Assembly (NCBI GenBank): GCA_963804645.1
Contig: CAWDRG010000004.1
Coordinates: 96,001-160,000, forward strand
Source: an uncultured Bacillota bacterium
GTDB lineage: Bacteria > Sysuimicrobiota > Sysuimicrobiia > Sysuimicrobiales > Segetimicrobiaceae
DNA length: 64,000 bases
Direction of reading: 5' to 3'
Below are positions 11,406 through 20,858 of this stretch, in pieces. Each line of letters opens with the position of its first letter. Positions within the stretch are counted from its first letter, which is position 1. The translations under genes were made by a program, and so were the position numbers. Below the pieces are notes generated by a model. It worked only from the letters and a program-made list of their open reading frames with translations. It ran no database searches and was not told the DNA's origin.

Positions 11406-13228
11406 TGCCTGCGGCGCCGAACCCCGGGCAGGGCCGCACGGCCCCCGGGTCGTCCGCGCCGTCGCGGCGCCGCGGGCGGACCCGGCGGCCGCGGACCGCG
11501 GACCGTCCGGCCCAGGCGCGTCCCGCTCAAGAGCGTCCGGCTCAGGCGCGTCCGTCTCAAGAGCGTCCGGCTCCGGCGCGCGCGTCGGGACCGACGATGC
11601 AGATCATCCCGCTCGGGGGCCTCGGCGAGATCGGCAAGAATACTACGGCGTTGCGGGTCGGCCAGGACGTCCTCGTCGTCGACGCCGGCCTCTCGTTCCC
11701 GGACGAGGAGATGCCCGGCATCGACCTGGTGATCCCCGACTATCGGTTTCTTGCCTCCGGCGGCACGCTGCACGGGATCGTCCTCACCCACGGCCACGAG
11801 GACCACGTGGGCAGCCTGCCGTTTCTGCTGCAGACCGCCGCGGCGCCGGTCTACGGCACGCCGCTGACACTCGGGCTCGCGCGGCGCCGGGTGCAGGAGT
11901 CGCCGAACACTCCGAAGATGGTCGAGGTCCCGGTGGCGCCGCGCCAGCCCGTGACGATCGGCCCGTTCGAGGTCGAGTTCGTGCACGTGAACCACAGCAT
12001 CCCGCAGTCGAGTTCCGTCGTCGTGCGCACGCGGGCGGGGACCGTGATGTGGACGAGCGATTTCAAGTTCGACCAGACGCCGATCGGCGATCAGCCGACG
12101 GACTTCGCGCGCCTGGCCGAGATCGGGGAGGCTGGCGTCGACGTCCTGCTGATGGACTCGACGAACGTCGAACGTCCGGGCTACGCGCCGTCCGAGCGCA
12201 TGGTCGGGGCGGCCCTCGACGCGATCTTCGCGCGCGTGCCCGGCCGCGTGCTGGTGACCACGTTTGCGAGCAACGTCCACCGCGTGCAGCAGGTGATCAC
12301 GACCTCGGCGCGCCACGACCGGAAGGTCGCGCTGGCCGGGCGCAGCATGGTGGACACCGTCACGATCGCCTCCGAGTTGGGCGCGCTCGACGTGCCCCGC
12401 GGGATCCTGATCCCGCTCGAGGAGGTGCGGAGCCTTCGCGACCGCAACGTGACGATCCTCACCACCGGCAGCCAGGGCGAGCCGCTGTCGGCGCTGACGC
12501 GCATGGCGATGGGCCAGCACCGCACCGTGACGATCAAGACCGGCGACACGGTGATCTTGTCCGCGACCCCGATCCCGGGCAACGAGGGCATGGTGGCGCG
12601 GACGATCGATCATCTCTACCGGCAGGGGGCGGAGGTGATTCACGGCGCCTCCGTGCACGCGTCCGGCCACGCGTGTCAGGAAGAGCTGAAGTTGATGCTG
12701 ACCCTCGTCCGGCCCCACTTCTTCGTCCCGGTCCACGGCGAGTACCGCCACCTCGTGCTCAACCGGCGGCTGGCGGCGACGGTGGGCATCCCGGAGGAAC
12801 GAAGCCTGCTGATGGAGAATGGGCAGGTGGTCGAAGTGGGCAATGGGCGCATGGCGCGGGCCGGGACGGTCGAGCACGGGTCGGTGCTTGTGGACGGGCT
12901 CGGCGGCGTCGGCGCGGTCGTGCTGCGGGATCGCCGGCAGCTGGCGCAGGACGGGGTGCTGATCGCGCTGGTCGCACTCGACCGGCAGTCCGGCGAACTG
13001 CTGATGGATCCGGACATCGTGTCCCGCGGATTCGTGTACATGCGGGAGTCCGGCGAGCTGATCGAGGAGTGCAAGCGGCGGATCAAAGCGGCGGTCGCCC
13101 GCTGTCGGGAACAGGGCACGCCGGACTGGTCCGCGGTGAGAGCGGCGATACGGGAGGTCTTGGGGAAGTACCTGTTTGAAAAGACACGGCGTCAGCCGAT
13201 GATCCTACCGATGCTCGTAGAAGTGTAA
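11405..13228 (+). CDS. rnj: ribonuclease J (alternative start 11597)
   Basis: IIPLGGLGEIGKN, THGHEDH, TGSQGEP, HASGHA, PVHGEYRH. Confidence 0.96.
   Translation: MPAAPNPGQGRTAPGSSAPSRRRGRTRRPRTADRPAQARPAQERPAQARPSQERPAPARASGPTMQIIPLGGLGEIGKNTTALRVGQDVLVVDAGLSFPDEEMPGIDLVIPDYRFLASGGTLHGIVLTHGHEDHVGSLPFLLQTAAAPVYGTPLTLGLARRRVQESPNTPKMVEVPVAPRQPVTIGPFEVEFVHVNHSIPQSSSVVVRTRAGTVMWTSDFKFDQTPIGDQPTDFARLAEIGEAGVDVLLMDSTNVERPGYAPSERMVGAALDAIFARVPGRVLVTTFASNVHRVQQVITTSARHDRKVALAGRSMVDTVTIASELGALDVPRGILIPLEEVRSLRDRNVTILTTGSQGEPLSALTRMAMGQHRTVTIKTGDTVILSATPIPGNEGMVARTIDHLYRQGAEVIHGASVHASGHACQEELKLMLTLVRPHFFVPVHGEYRHLVLNRRLAATVGIPEERSLLMENGQVVEVGNGRMARAGTVEHGSVLVDGLGGVGAVVLRDRRQLAQDGVLIALVALDRQSGELLMDPDIVSRGFVYMRESGELIEECKRRIKAAVARCREQGTPDWSAVRAAIREVLGKYLFEKTRRQPMILPMLVEV
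11504..11578 (+). repeat. 5 x 15-bp imperfect tandem repeat encoding RPAQA/RPAQE units
   Basis: cgtccggcccaggcg / cgtcccgctcaagag / cgtccggctcaggcg / cgtccgtctcaagag / cgtccggctccggcg. Confidence 0.85.
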
Positions 13229-13308
13229 CCGCAGCCGAACGCAGGCGCCCGGAGTTGGCCGACCGGACCAGTAGACGCAGCAACCGATCGCACCAGAGGA
13301 GGACGCAC

Positions 13309-15873
13309 GTGGCCAGACGGAAGCCGTCCCGCGGCGGCTGGGCGTTGCCTCTCGGGGCCGCGATGACCGCGGTCGCCGTGTTGATCGTCGTCAGCCTCGT
13401 TCCACAGCAGCACGCGGTGGTGCCCCGGTGGTTCGCCGCCCGCCTCGGGCAGGCGTTCGGGCTCGGGGTCGACGTGCTTCCCGTGATACTCGGCGTGTTC
13501 GGGCTCTTCTTTGTCATGCGCCGGCAGGTGCGGCTGACGTCCCAGCTGCTCGGCCTGCTCCTCGGGTATGCCGTGCTGCTCACGGCATTCCACCTTCGAT
13601 ATCCCGCCGGCAGCGAGTGGCTTGCGGCGTTCGGACGCAAGGGCGGCGGCTACGTGGGCGCGGCGTTCGCCGTCGCCCTCCGTCGGGCGCTGGGGGAACC
13701 GGGACTCTGGACCGCGGTCGTGCTGGGTGCGGGAGTCAGCCTTGTGTTGCTCTCGGGCGCGTCGTTCCACGACGCTCTGTGGCTCGCGCTCCGGGGACTG
13801 CAAGCGCTCGGGCGCCTCGCCCTCCAGGGACTGTACCGTCTGTCCACCGGCATGGCGGCCGTCTTCGTCTTCCTCTACCGGCGTGGCGGTCCGGCGCTCG
13901 CGTCCGTCGTCCGCCGGGTCGCCCGGGCCGGGTGGGCCGCGAGCGACGCGCTGGCCAGATGGACCGGGGCGGTCGTGCGCGAAGGCGTCCGGCGGATGCT
14001 GGCGGCGCGTCAGGCGCGCCCGCAGACGGCCGGACTGGATCCGATCCTCGCGTCGGCGGGCGGGATCGCGGTCGACGCGCGCCGCCCGGCGTTTGAGGCC
14101 GACACGCACAGCGCCACGCGGGAGGCCGCGGACACTCTCCACCTCCCGCGTCCGTCCGAGGACCGGTCGGCCGCCGCGCCGGAGCCGGGGCCCGAGGATG
14201 TCGGTGAGGACGCGGCGCTCGCGCAGACGCTGGACGCCGAACTCCAGGCGCCGCCGGAGGCGGCAGTCCACGACGCGGAGCCGGAGGAGCCGGTGCCGCC
14301 GGCCGCGGAGATCCCCGTGACTGCCGAGGCGGCCGCGGCGAAAAGCGGAAGGGCGGCGGGTGCGTCGCGGCGCCGGAAGGTCGCGGTCGTGCAGGAGGCG
14401 CTGCCGTTTCCCCCGGCGGCGGCCCGCGCGTATACGCTGCCGGATCTCTCGCTCTTGGACGCGTTCGCGGCGAAGGCCAAGGCCGGCAAGGTGGATCCCG
14501 AGGAGGTCGCGCGCGCCCTCGAGCGGACGCTCCAAAGCTTCGGCGTCGAGGCCAAGGTCATTCGGTGGGAAGCCGGCCCGGTGGTGACGCGCTACGAGCT
14601 GCAGCCCGCGCCCGGGGTCAAAGTCCAGAAGATCACGAGCCTGCAGAACGACATCGCGCTCGCACTCGCGGCGAGCAGCGTGCGCCTGGAGGCCCCGATC
14701 CCGGGGAAGTCCGCGGTCGGCGTTGAGCTGCCGAACGAGCGTGCCAGCCTCGTCCACCTGCGCGAGGTCCTCGCGAGCGACGAGTTCCGCGCGGCGACCT
14801 CGCCGCTCGGCGTCGCGGTCGGCAAGAGCACCTCCGGCGCGCCGGTCGTGGCGGACCTCGTCGCGATGCCGCATCTGTTGATCGCAGGCGCGACCGGCGC
14901 CGGCAAGAGCGTCATGCTGAACGCGATGATCGCGAGCATGCTGTTCCGGTCGACACCCGAGCAGGTGCGGTTCTTGATGATCGACCCGAAGCGGGTGGAG
15001 CTGACGAACTACAACGGGATCCCGCACCTGTTGAGTCCGGTGGTGACCGGGCCGCGGGAGGCGGCGGCGAAGCTGCGCTGGGCGATCCAGGAGATGGAAG
15101 GCCGGTACGAGATGTTTGCCAGCGACGGTGTGCGCAACATCCAGGCGTTCAACGCGCAGCACCCCGACCGCCCCCTCGCGTACATCGTGATCATCGTCGA
15201 CGAGCTCGCCGATCTGATGATGGTCGCGCCAGCGGACTTCGAAGAGATTATCTGCCGGCTGGCGCAGATGACGCGCGCCACCGGGATCCACCTGCTCGTC
15301 GCCACGCAGCGGCCGTCCGTCGACGTGATCACCGGCCTCATCAAGGCCAACATTCCGTCGCGGATCGCGTTCGCGGTGAGCTCGCTCGTGGACAGCCGCA
15401 CGATCCTCGATCACCCCGGGGCGGAGCGGCTTCTCGGGAAGGGCGACATGCTGTTCGCGCCGATCGGCGCGACCCGCCCGATGCGCGTGCAGGGGGCGTT
15501 CATCAGCGACGCCGAAACCGAGCGGCTCGTCGAGTTCTGGCGGGCGCAGGGGGAGCCGGCGTATGTGGAGGCGCTGCTCGCGGCGACCGAGCCGGCGCCC
15601 GCGGAGGAGGGGGCGGGGGACGACGCGCTGCTCGTCGACGCGGCGCGTCTCATCGTGCGGTCCGGGTACGCGTCGGTCTCGCTGCTGCAGCGCAAGATGC
15701 GGATCGGCTACGTCCGGGCGGCCCGTGTCGTCGATCAACTGGAGGAAAAAGGGATCGTAGGGCCGTCGCAAGGCAGCAGCCCCCGCGACGTGTTGGTGGG
15801 GATCGACGACCTGGAACGCGTGCTCCGCAGCGGCGTCCAGCGGCCCGCGGCCGACGGCGACGACGAGGCCTAG
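13309..15873 (+). CDS. ftsK: DNA translocase FtsK/SpoIIIE
   Basis: N-terminal TM segments, PHLLIAGATGAGKS, IVDELADLM, ATQRPS, gamma domain SVSLLQRK.RIGY.RAAR. Confidence 0.96.
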   Translation: MARRKPSRGGWALPLGAAMTAVAVLIVVSLVPQQHAVVPRWFAARLGQAFGLGVDVLPVILGVFGLFFVMRRQVRLTSQLLGLLLGYAVLLTAFHLRYPAGSEWLAAFGRKGGGYVGAAFAVALRRALGEPGLWTAVVLGAGVSLVLLSGASFHDALWLALRGLQALGRLALQGLYRLSTGMAAVFVFLYRRGGPALASVVRRVARAGWAASDALARWTGAVVREGVRRMLAARQARPQTAGLDPILASAGGIAVDARRPAFEADTHSATREAADTLHLPRPSEDRSAAAPEPGPEDVGEDAALAQTLDAELQAPPEAAVHDAEPEEPVPPAAEIPVTAEAAAAKSGRAAGASRRRKVAVVQEALPFPPAAARAYTLPDLSLLDAFAAKAKAGKVDPEEVARALERTLQSFGVEAKVIRWEAGPVVTRYELQPAPGVKVQKITSLQNDIALALAASSVRLEAPIPGKSAVGVELPNERASLVHLREVLASDEFRAATSPLGVAVGKSTSGAPVVADLVAMPHLLIAGATGAGKSVMLNAMIASMLFRSTPEQVRFLMIDPKRVELTNYNGIPHLLSPVVTGPREAAAKLRWAIQEMEGRYEMFASDGVRNIQAFNAQHPDRPLAYIVIIVDELADLMMVAPADFEEIICRLAQMTRATGIHLLVATQRPSVDVITGLIKANIPSRIAFAVSSLVDSRTILDHPGAERLLGKGDMLFAPIGATRPMRVQGAFISDAETERLVEFWRAQGEPAYVEALLAATEPAPAEEGAGDDALLVDAARLIVRSGYASVSLLQRKMRIGYVRAARVVDQLEEKGIVGPSQGSSPRDVLVGIDDLERVLRSGVQRPAADGDDEA

Positions 15874-15927
15874 CGCCGTGGGCGGCTCCGCAGGAACACG
15901 CCGGGCCGTCCAAGAACTGCGCGCGCG

Positions 15928-16899
15928 ATGAGCACCGTGGGCATCGGCGTGCGGTTGAAGAACGCGCGGCAGGCGCGCGGGCTGTCGCTCGAGGACATCG
16001 AGGCCGCGACGCGGATCCGCCGCCGGTACCTAGAGGCACTCGAAGAGGAGGCGTTCGACCGGCTGCCGGCGCCGGTGTACGTCAAGGGCTTCCTCGGCGG
16101 CTACGCCACGTATCTCGGATTCTCGCCGGACGAGATCCAGGAGATGTATCGGGATCTCGAGGGCGAGGTGCATCCGGGAGAGGCCCCGGTCGACGTGCGG
16201 ATCACGCCCGTGACCCCGCACTCGCGGGTCCGGCGCACCGTCCTGATCCTCTCGCTGATCGTGCTCGTCGCGGCGTACTTCTCGTACGTCGCGTACATCC
16301 AGTTCCGGCAGTTCGTCTCCACCCCCGCCGTACAGGCGCCCGCGGCGGTCTCCGGCGTCTCCGCCTCCGCGCCGTCGGCGGCCGCGCCCGTCCTCACCGG
16401 CCAGGTACCGGCGCCCGTGTCCGGGACCACCGCGATTGCCCCGCCGCCGACGGTGTCGGGTAGCGCCGCGGCTGCCGTCCCGTCGACGGTCTCCGGGACC
16501 GCCCCGGCCGCCGGCCCATCCACGCCGTCTGCGAGCGGGCAGGTGCCACCTCCGCCGACCTTCACGGTGACGGTGTCGGGCAGCGCACCGTCTCCCGTGT
16601 CCGCTGACGCGCCGGCGCCGGCCGCGCCCGCGGTGCCGCCGATGGTGGTCGCGGGCCCCGTGGTCGTCATGGTCGACGCATCGGACCGCTCCTGGGTCCG
16701 GGCGGTGGCCGACGGGGTGACGGTCTTCGAGGGGTTTCTCAGCGCGGGGGATCACCAGGTCTGGCAGGCGAACCACCAACTGAGCCTCCGCGTCGGGAAC
16801 GCGAGCGCCGTGACCCTGACCGTCGATGGCCAGTCGGTGGGCCGACTGGGGAATCCCGGAGACGTCGTCGACCGGGTCTTCACCGCCGCGCCGAAGTGA
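15928..16899 (+). CDS. rodZ: RodZ-like HTH membrane protein
   Basis: N-terminal Xre HTH (TRIR..YLEALE, YVKGF), one TM helix, Pro/Ala linker, C-terminal SWV..DG...LRVGNA domain. Confidence 0.85.
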   Translation: MSTVGIGVRLKNARQARGLSLEDIEAATRIRRRYLEALEEEAFDRLPAPVYVKGFLGGYATYLGFSPDEIQEMYRDLEGEVHPGEAPVDVRITPVTPHSRVRRTVLILSLIVLVAAYFSYVAYIQFRQFVSTPAVQAPAAVSGVSASAPSAAAPVLTGQVPAPVSGTTAIAPPPTVSGSAAAAVPSTVSGTAPAAGPSTPSASGQVPPPPTFTVTVSGSAPSPVSADAPAPAAPAVPPMVVAGPVVVMVDASDRSWVRAVADGVTVFEGFLSAGDHQVWQANHQLSLRVGNASAVTLTVDGQSVGRLGNPGDVVDRVFTAAPK

Positions 16900-16955
16900 G
16901 CGTCCCGCCGGGCGCGGGGAGCGCGCCGCCGTCGCGCGCAGAGAGGGAGACTGCG

Positions 16956-18203
16956 ATGATCAAGGCCGAGATCGTGTCGGTGGGGACCGAGCTGCTGCTG
17001 GGGCAGATCGTCGACACCAACGCCCAGTTCATCTCCACCACGCTCGCGGATTTGGGCATCGCGGTCTACTACCGGTCGACGGTCGGCGACAACCTCGGAC
17101 GCGTCCAGGAAGTGTTCATGCAGGCGCTCGGCCGCGTCGACCTCGTCGTCTCGACCGGCGGGCTCGGTCCGACCGACGACGACCTGACGGTGGCGGCCGT
17201 CGCGCAGGCGCTCGGGCTCCCGATGGAGCGCAACGAGGAGGCGTGGGCGCACGTCCAGGAGTTCTTTCGCCGGCGCCACCGCCCGCTGACCGGACAGCAG
17301 ATGAAGCAGGCGATGCTGCCGCACGGCGCGCGGATGATCCCCAACACGCGCGGCAGCGCGCCCGGCGTGATCATCGAGCACGAGGACAAGACGATCGTGT
17401 TCACCCCCGGGGTCCCGCGCGAGATGAAGGGCATGATGACTGATCACGTCGTGCCCTATTTGGTCGAACGCGGCCTGGCCGGAAGCACCGTCATCCGGTC
17501 CCGGGTCGTCCGCATCACCGGGCTCGGCGAGTCCGGGGTCGAGGACCGGCTCCGCGATCTGATGCGCGCCAGCACGAACCCGACGATCGCGCCGTACGCG
17601 CACACCGGCGAGTGCCACGTGCGCCTCACCGCGCACGGGACCGCGGCGGAGGTTGGCCCGCTGCTCGATCGCGTGGAGCAGGAGGTGCGCGAGCGCCTCG
17701 GCGACGCGATCTACGCGGTCGGCGAGGAGACGCTCGACGAGGCCGTGTCCCATCTGCTGGCGCGCCGCGGCGTGTCGATCGCCGTCGCGGAGTCGTGCAC
17801 CGGCGGGCTGATCGCGCACCGGCTGACGCTGACGCCCGGCGCGTCCGCGTACCTGGACGGCGGCGTCGTCGCGTACAGCAATGCCGCGAAGGGACGCTGG
17901 CTCGGGGTCCCCCAGGCGCTGATCGACCGGCACGGCGCGGTCAGCGGGGAGGTCGCGCGGGCCATGGCGGAAGGCGCGCGGACGCAGGCGGGGACCGATC
18001 TCGCGATCTCGACGACCGGCGTCGCCGGGCCCACGGGCGGGACCGAGGCGAAGCCGGTGGGTCTGGTGTTTCTCGCGCTGGCCCACGCGGAGGGCACGGA
18101 GGTGCGGGAGGTGCGGTTCGGCACCGAACCTGGGCGGACCGGCATCCAGTACCTCGCCTCGCAGACCGCCCTCGACATGATCCGCCTGCATCTGCTCCGG
18201 TGA
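16956..18203 (+). CDS. cinA: competence/damage-inducible protein CinA
   Basis: VGTELLLG..VDTN, GGLGPT.DD, AESCTGG, STTGVAGP. Confidence 0.96.
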   Translation: MIKAEIVSVGTELLLGQIVDTNAQFISTTLADLGIAVYYRSTVGDNLGRVQEVFMQALGRVDLVVSTGGLGPTDDDLTVAAVAQALGLPMERNEEAWAHVQEFFRRRHRPLTGQQMKQAMLPHGARMIPNTRGSAPGVIIEHEDKTIVFTPGVPREMKGMMTDHVVPYLVERGLAGSTVIRSRVVRITGLGESGVEDRLRDLMRASTNPTIAPYAHTGECHVRLTAHGTAAEVGPLLDRVEQEVRERLGDAIYAVGEETLDEAVSHLLARRGVSIAVAESCTGGLIAHRLTLTPGASAYLDGGVVAYSNAAKGRWLGVPQALIDRHGAVSGEVARAMAEGARTQAGTDLAISTTGVAGPTGGTEAKPVGLVFLALAHAEGTEVREVRFGTEPGRTGIQYLASQTALDMIRLHLLR

Positions 18204-18209
18204 GCGTCC

Positions 18210-18800
18210 CTGCCGACGACCAACCGGCATCGGATCTTCGTCGCGGTGCCGATCGCCCCGGAGCTGCGCGACGCCGGGGCAGCGCTTCGCGCGGCGCTCG
18301 GCCCGGTCGCGTCGCAGCTGCGGTGGGTGGACCGGGACGGGCTGCACCTCACGCTGCGGTTTCTCGGCGAGATCGCACCCGCGGAGGTGGAGCGTGCCGT
18401 GGACGCGGCGCGCGCGGCCGCGGCGTCGGCCGCTCCGTTTTCGATCGCCTTGGCAGGCGCGGGGGCATTCCCGTCTCTTCGCGAGCCCCGTGTGCTGTGG
18501 GTCGGGATCTCGGAGGGGGCGGCGCCGCTCGTGACGCTCGCGCGCTCGCTGGAGGCCGCGCTGGTCGCGCGGCGGTTTCCGGTTGAGGCGCGTCCGTTTC
18601 AGCCGCATCTCACGGTGGCGCGCGCACGGTCGGCCGGCCGGCCTCCAGATCTGCGCGCCCAGGCGTCCACGCTGTTCGCGCCGGATGCGCCGGTGATCGG
18701 CGTGCAGCGGGTCGAGGCGATCGTCGTCGTCGAGAGCACGCTGGGTCCTAGGGGACCGGCGTATCGGGAGGTATCTCGCGGGGCACTCGGAGGACGGTAA
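18210..18800 (+). CDS. thpR: RNA 2',3'-cyclic phosphodiesterase (2H family)
   Basis: RIFVA, HLTLRFLG and PHLTVAR motifs; start uncertain. Confidence 0.9.
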   Translation: MPTTNRHRIFVAVPIAPELRDAGAALRAALGPVASQLRWVDRDGLHLTLRFLGEIAPAEVERAVDAARAAAASAAPFSIALAGAGAFPSLREPRVLWVGISEGAAPLVTLARSLEAALVARRFPVEARPFQPHLTVARARSAGRPPDLRAQASTLFAPDAPVIGVQRVEAIVVVESTLGPRGPAYREVSRGALGGR

Positions 18801-18860
18801 TCCTGACAGCAATGGGTCTACGTCCGTTGACGTCATGACGTGGCCAATCAACTTAGTGGC

Positions 18861-18889
18861 TTGACAAACGAACATATGTTTGGTAAGTT
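18861..18889 (+). promoter_or_regulatory. recA promoter with overlapping Gram-positive-type LexA (SOS) box
   Basis: TTGACA(18861)-N17-TAAGTT(18884), with CGAAC-ATAT-GTTTG (18869-18882) in the spacer. Confidence 0.85.
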
Positions 18890-18942
18890 TGGACCAACTT
18901 AAACAGCCAAAACCGCTCCATCACAGCGGAAGGAGACGCAGC

Positions 18943-20034
18943 ATGAACGAGCGACAGCGAGCCCTGGATCTCGCCCTGACCCAGATCGAGAAGCAGTTTG
19001 GCAAGGGATCGATCATGAAGCTCGGCGAGCACCAGGCCAAGCTGACCGTGGACATTATCCCGACCGGTGCGCTTGCGCTGGACGTGGCGCTCGGAGTCGG
19101 CGGCGTGCCGCGCGGGCGGGTCGTAGAGATTTACGGGCCTGAGTCCTCGGGGAAGACGACGCTCGGGTATCACATCATCGCGGAGGCGCAGCGGGAGGGC
19201 GGCGTCGCGGCGTTCATCGATGCGGAGCACGCGCTGAATCCCGAGTACGCCCGCAACGTCGGCGTGGACATCGACAACCTCCTGATCTCCCAGCCGGATT
19301 CCGGCGAGCAGGCGCTCGAGATCGCGGAGATGCTCGTGCGCTCGGGCGCGATCGACGTGGTGGTCGTCGATTCCGTCGCGGCCCTTGTGCCCCGGGCGGA
19401 GCTGGAAGGCGAGATGGGCGACGCGCACGTCGGACTGCAGGCGCGCTTGATGTCCCAGGCGCTCCGCAAGCTCGTGGGGGCGATCAACAAATCGCGCACC
19501 ACCGTCATCTTCATCAACCAGCTGCGCGAGAAGGTTGGGGTAATGTTCGGCTCGCCGGAGGTCACGTCCGGCGGCCGGGCGTTGAAGTTTTACGCATCCG
19601 TGCGGCTGGATATCCGGCGCATCGAATCGATCAAGTCGGGCGACCAGGTGCTCGGCCAGCGCGTGCGGGTGAAGGTCGTCAAGAACAAATTGGCCGCCCC
19701 ATTCCGCGACGCCGAGCTGGAGATCATCTTTCCCCGCGGCATCAGCAAGGCGAGTAGCCTGATCGACGTGGCGACGTTGCAGGGGATCATCACCCGGACC
19801 GGCACGTGGTTTTCGTATAAGGATATGCGGCTCGGGCAGGGCCGCGACAACGCGCGCGAATTCTTGGAGAATAATCCCGAGCTGGCGATTGAGATTGAGG
19901 CGCGGACGCGCGAGAAGCTGGGGCTGACCCGTTCCGTCGCATCGGTGAGCGCCGCCGTGGCGGATGCGTCCGAGAACGGGGATGCCGGGACCGCGGCACC
20001 GAAGCCGGGTTCCGCGCGGGCCCAGCGGTCATAG
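18943..20034 (+). CDS. recA: recombinase RecA
   Basis: [39 protein letters not shown]. Confidence 0.99.
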   Translation: MNERQRALDLALTQIEKQFGKGSIMKLGEHQAKLTVDIIPTGALALDVALGVGGVPRGRVVEIYGPESSGKTTLGYHIIAEAQREGGVAAFIDAEHALNPEYARNVGVDIDNLLISQPDSGEQALEIAEMLVRSGAIDVVVVDSVAALVPRAELEGEMGDAHVGLQARLMSQALRKLVGAINKSRTTVIFINQLREKVGVMFGSPEVTSGGRALKFYASVRLDIRRIESIKSGDQVLGQRVRVKVVKNKLAAPFRDAELEIIFPRGISKASSLIDVATLQGIITRTGTWFSYKDMRLGQGRDNAREFLENNPELAIEIEARTREKLGLTRSVASVSAAVADASENGDAGTAAPKPGSARAQRS

Positions 20035-20108
20035 ACCCCACGACGAGCAGTCCGGGGGGCGCGAGTCCGGGCGAACGCCGGACCGCGCGACGATGACGAG
20101 GTGCGCTG

Positions 20109-20858
20109 TTGCGTAACGGCAGGCGGGCGCGACCGGCGATCCGATCGGATCGCCGGTTCGTCGCGTCGGGCGATCCGCATCACGAACCCCTGACGGTCGC
20201 CGCGATTCGGGACACCGCGGGGACCGGGGCCGGCGGGGAGTGGCGCGTCGTGGTGCTCTCGGATGGACGGACGCTTCGCGTCGACGGGGAGGAGATCGCC
20301 CGCGCCGGTCTCACGTCCGGCGAGCCGATCGCTTCCGATCTAATCGAGCGTCTTGCGGCGCGGGACGAATACTGGCGAGCGCGGGAGACGGCGGTGCGCC
20401 TGCTGGCCGCGCGCCCCCGCAGCACCGAGGAGCTCCGCGCCCGGTTCCGCCGGGACGGGGTGGCGGACGCGCAGGCGCAGGCGGTGCTGACGGATCTCGC
20501 CGCCTGCGGGTATCTGGACGATCTCGCGTTCGCTCGCGCGTGGATCGAGTCGCGGCTCGGCCGGAATCCGTGCGGGTCCGCACGGCTGCGCGGGGAGCTG
20601 CGTCAGCGTGGCATCGCGCTTGCGGTGATCGAGCAGGCGATCCGGGAGGCCTACGGCGAAGAAGGGACCTCCGTGGGAGAAGAACGAGATGCCGCCGCCG
20701 TCGTGGAGCGCCGCAGCCGCGCCTACGCGTCGCTGCCGCCGGAGGCGCGCGCGCGCCGGCTGGCGCGGTTCCTGGAGCGCCGGGGGTTTGCGCCGGGGAC
20801 GATCGTGCGGGCGCTCGGCACGATGAGCCGCCGCCGTACGGAGCACGCCGATGAGTAA
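20109..20858 (+). CDS. recX: RecX regulatory protein
   Basis: LL..RPRS..EL, GYLDD..FA, L..EL..RG, FLERRGF; follows recA; start uncertain. Confidence 0.85.
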   Translation: MRNGRRARPAIRSDRRFVASGDPHHEPLTVAAIRDTAGTGAGGEWRVVVLSDGRTLRVDGEEIARAGLTSGEPIASDLIERLAARDEYWRARETAVRLLAARPRSTEELRARFRRDGVADAQAQAVLTDLAACGYLDDLAFARAWIESRLGRNPCGSARLRGELRQRGIALAVIEQAIREAYGEEGTSVGEERDAAAVVERRSRAYASLPPEARARRLARFLERRGFAPGTIVRALGTMSRRRTEHADE

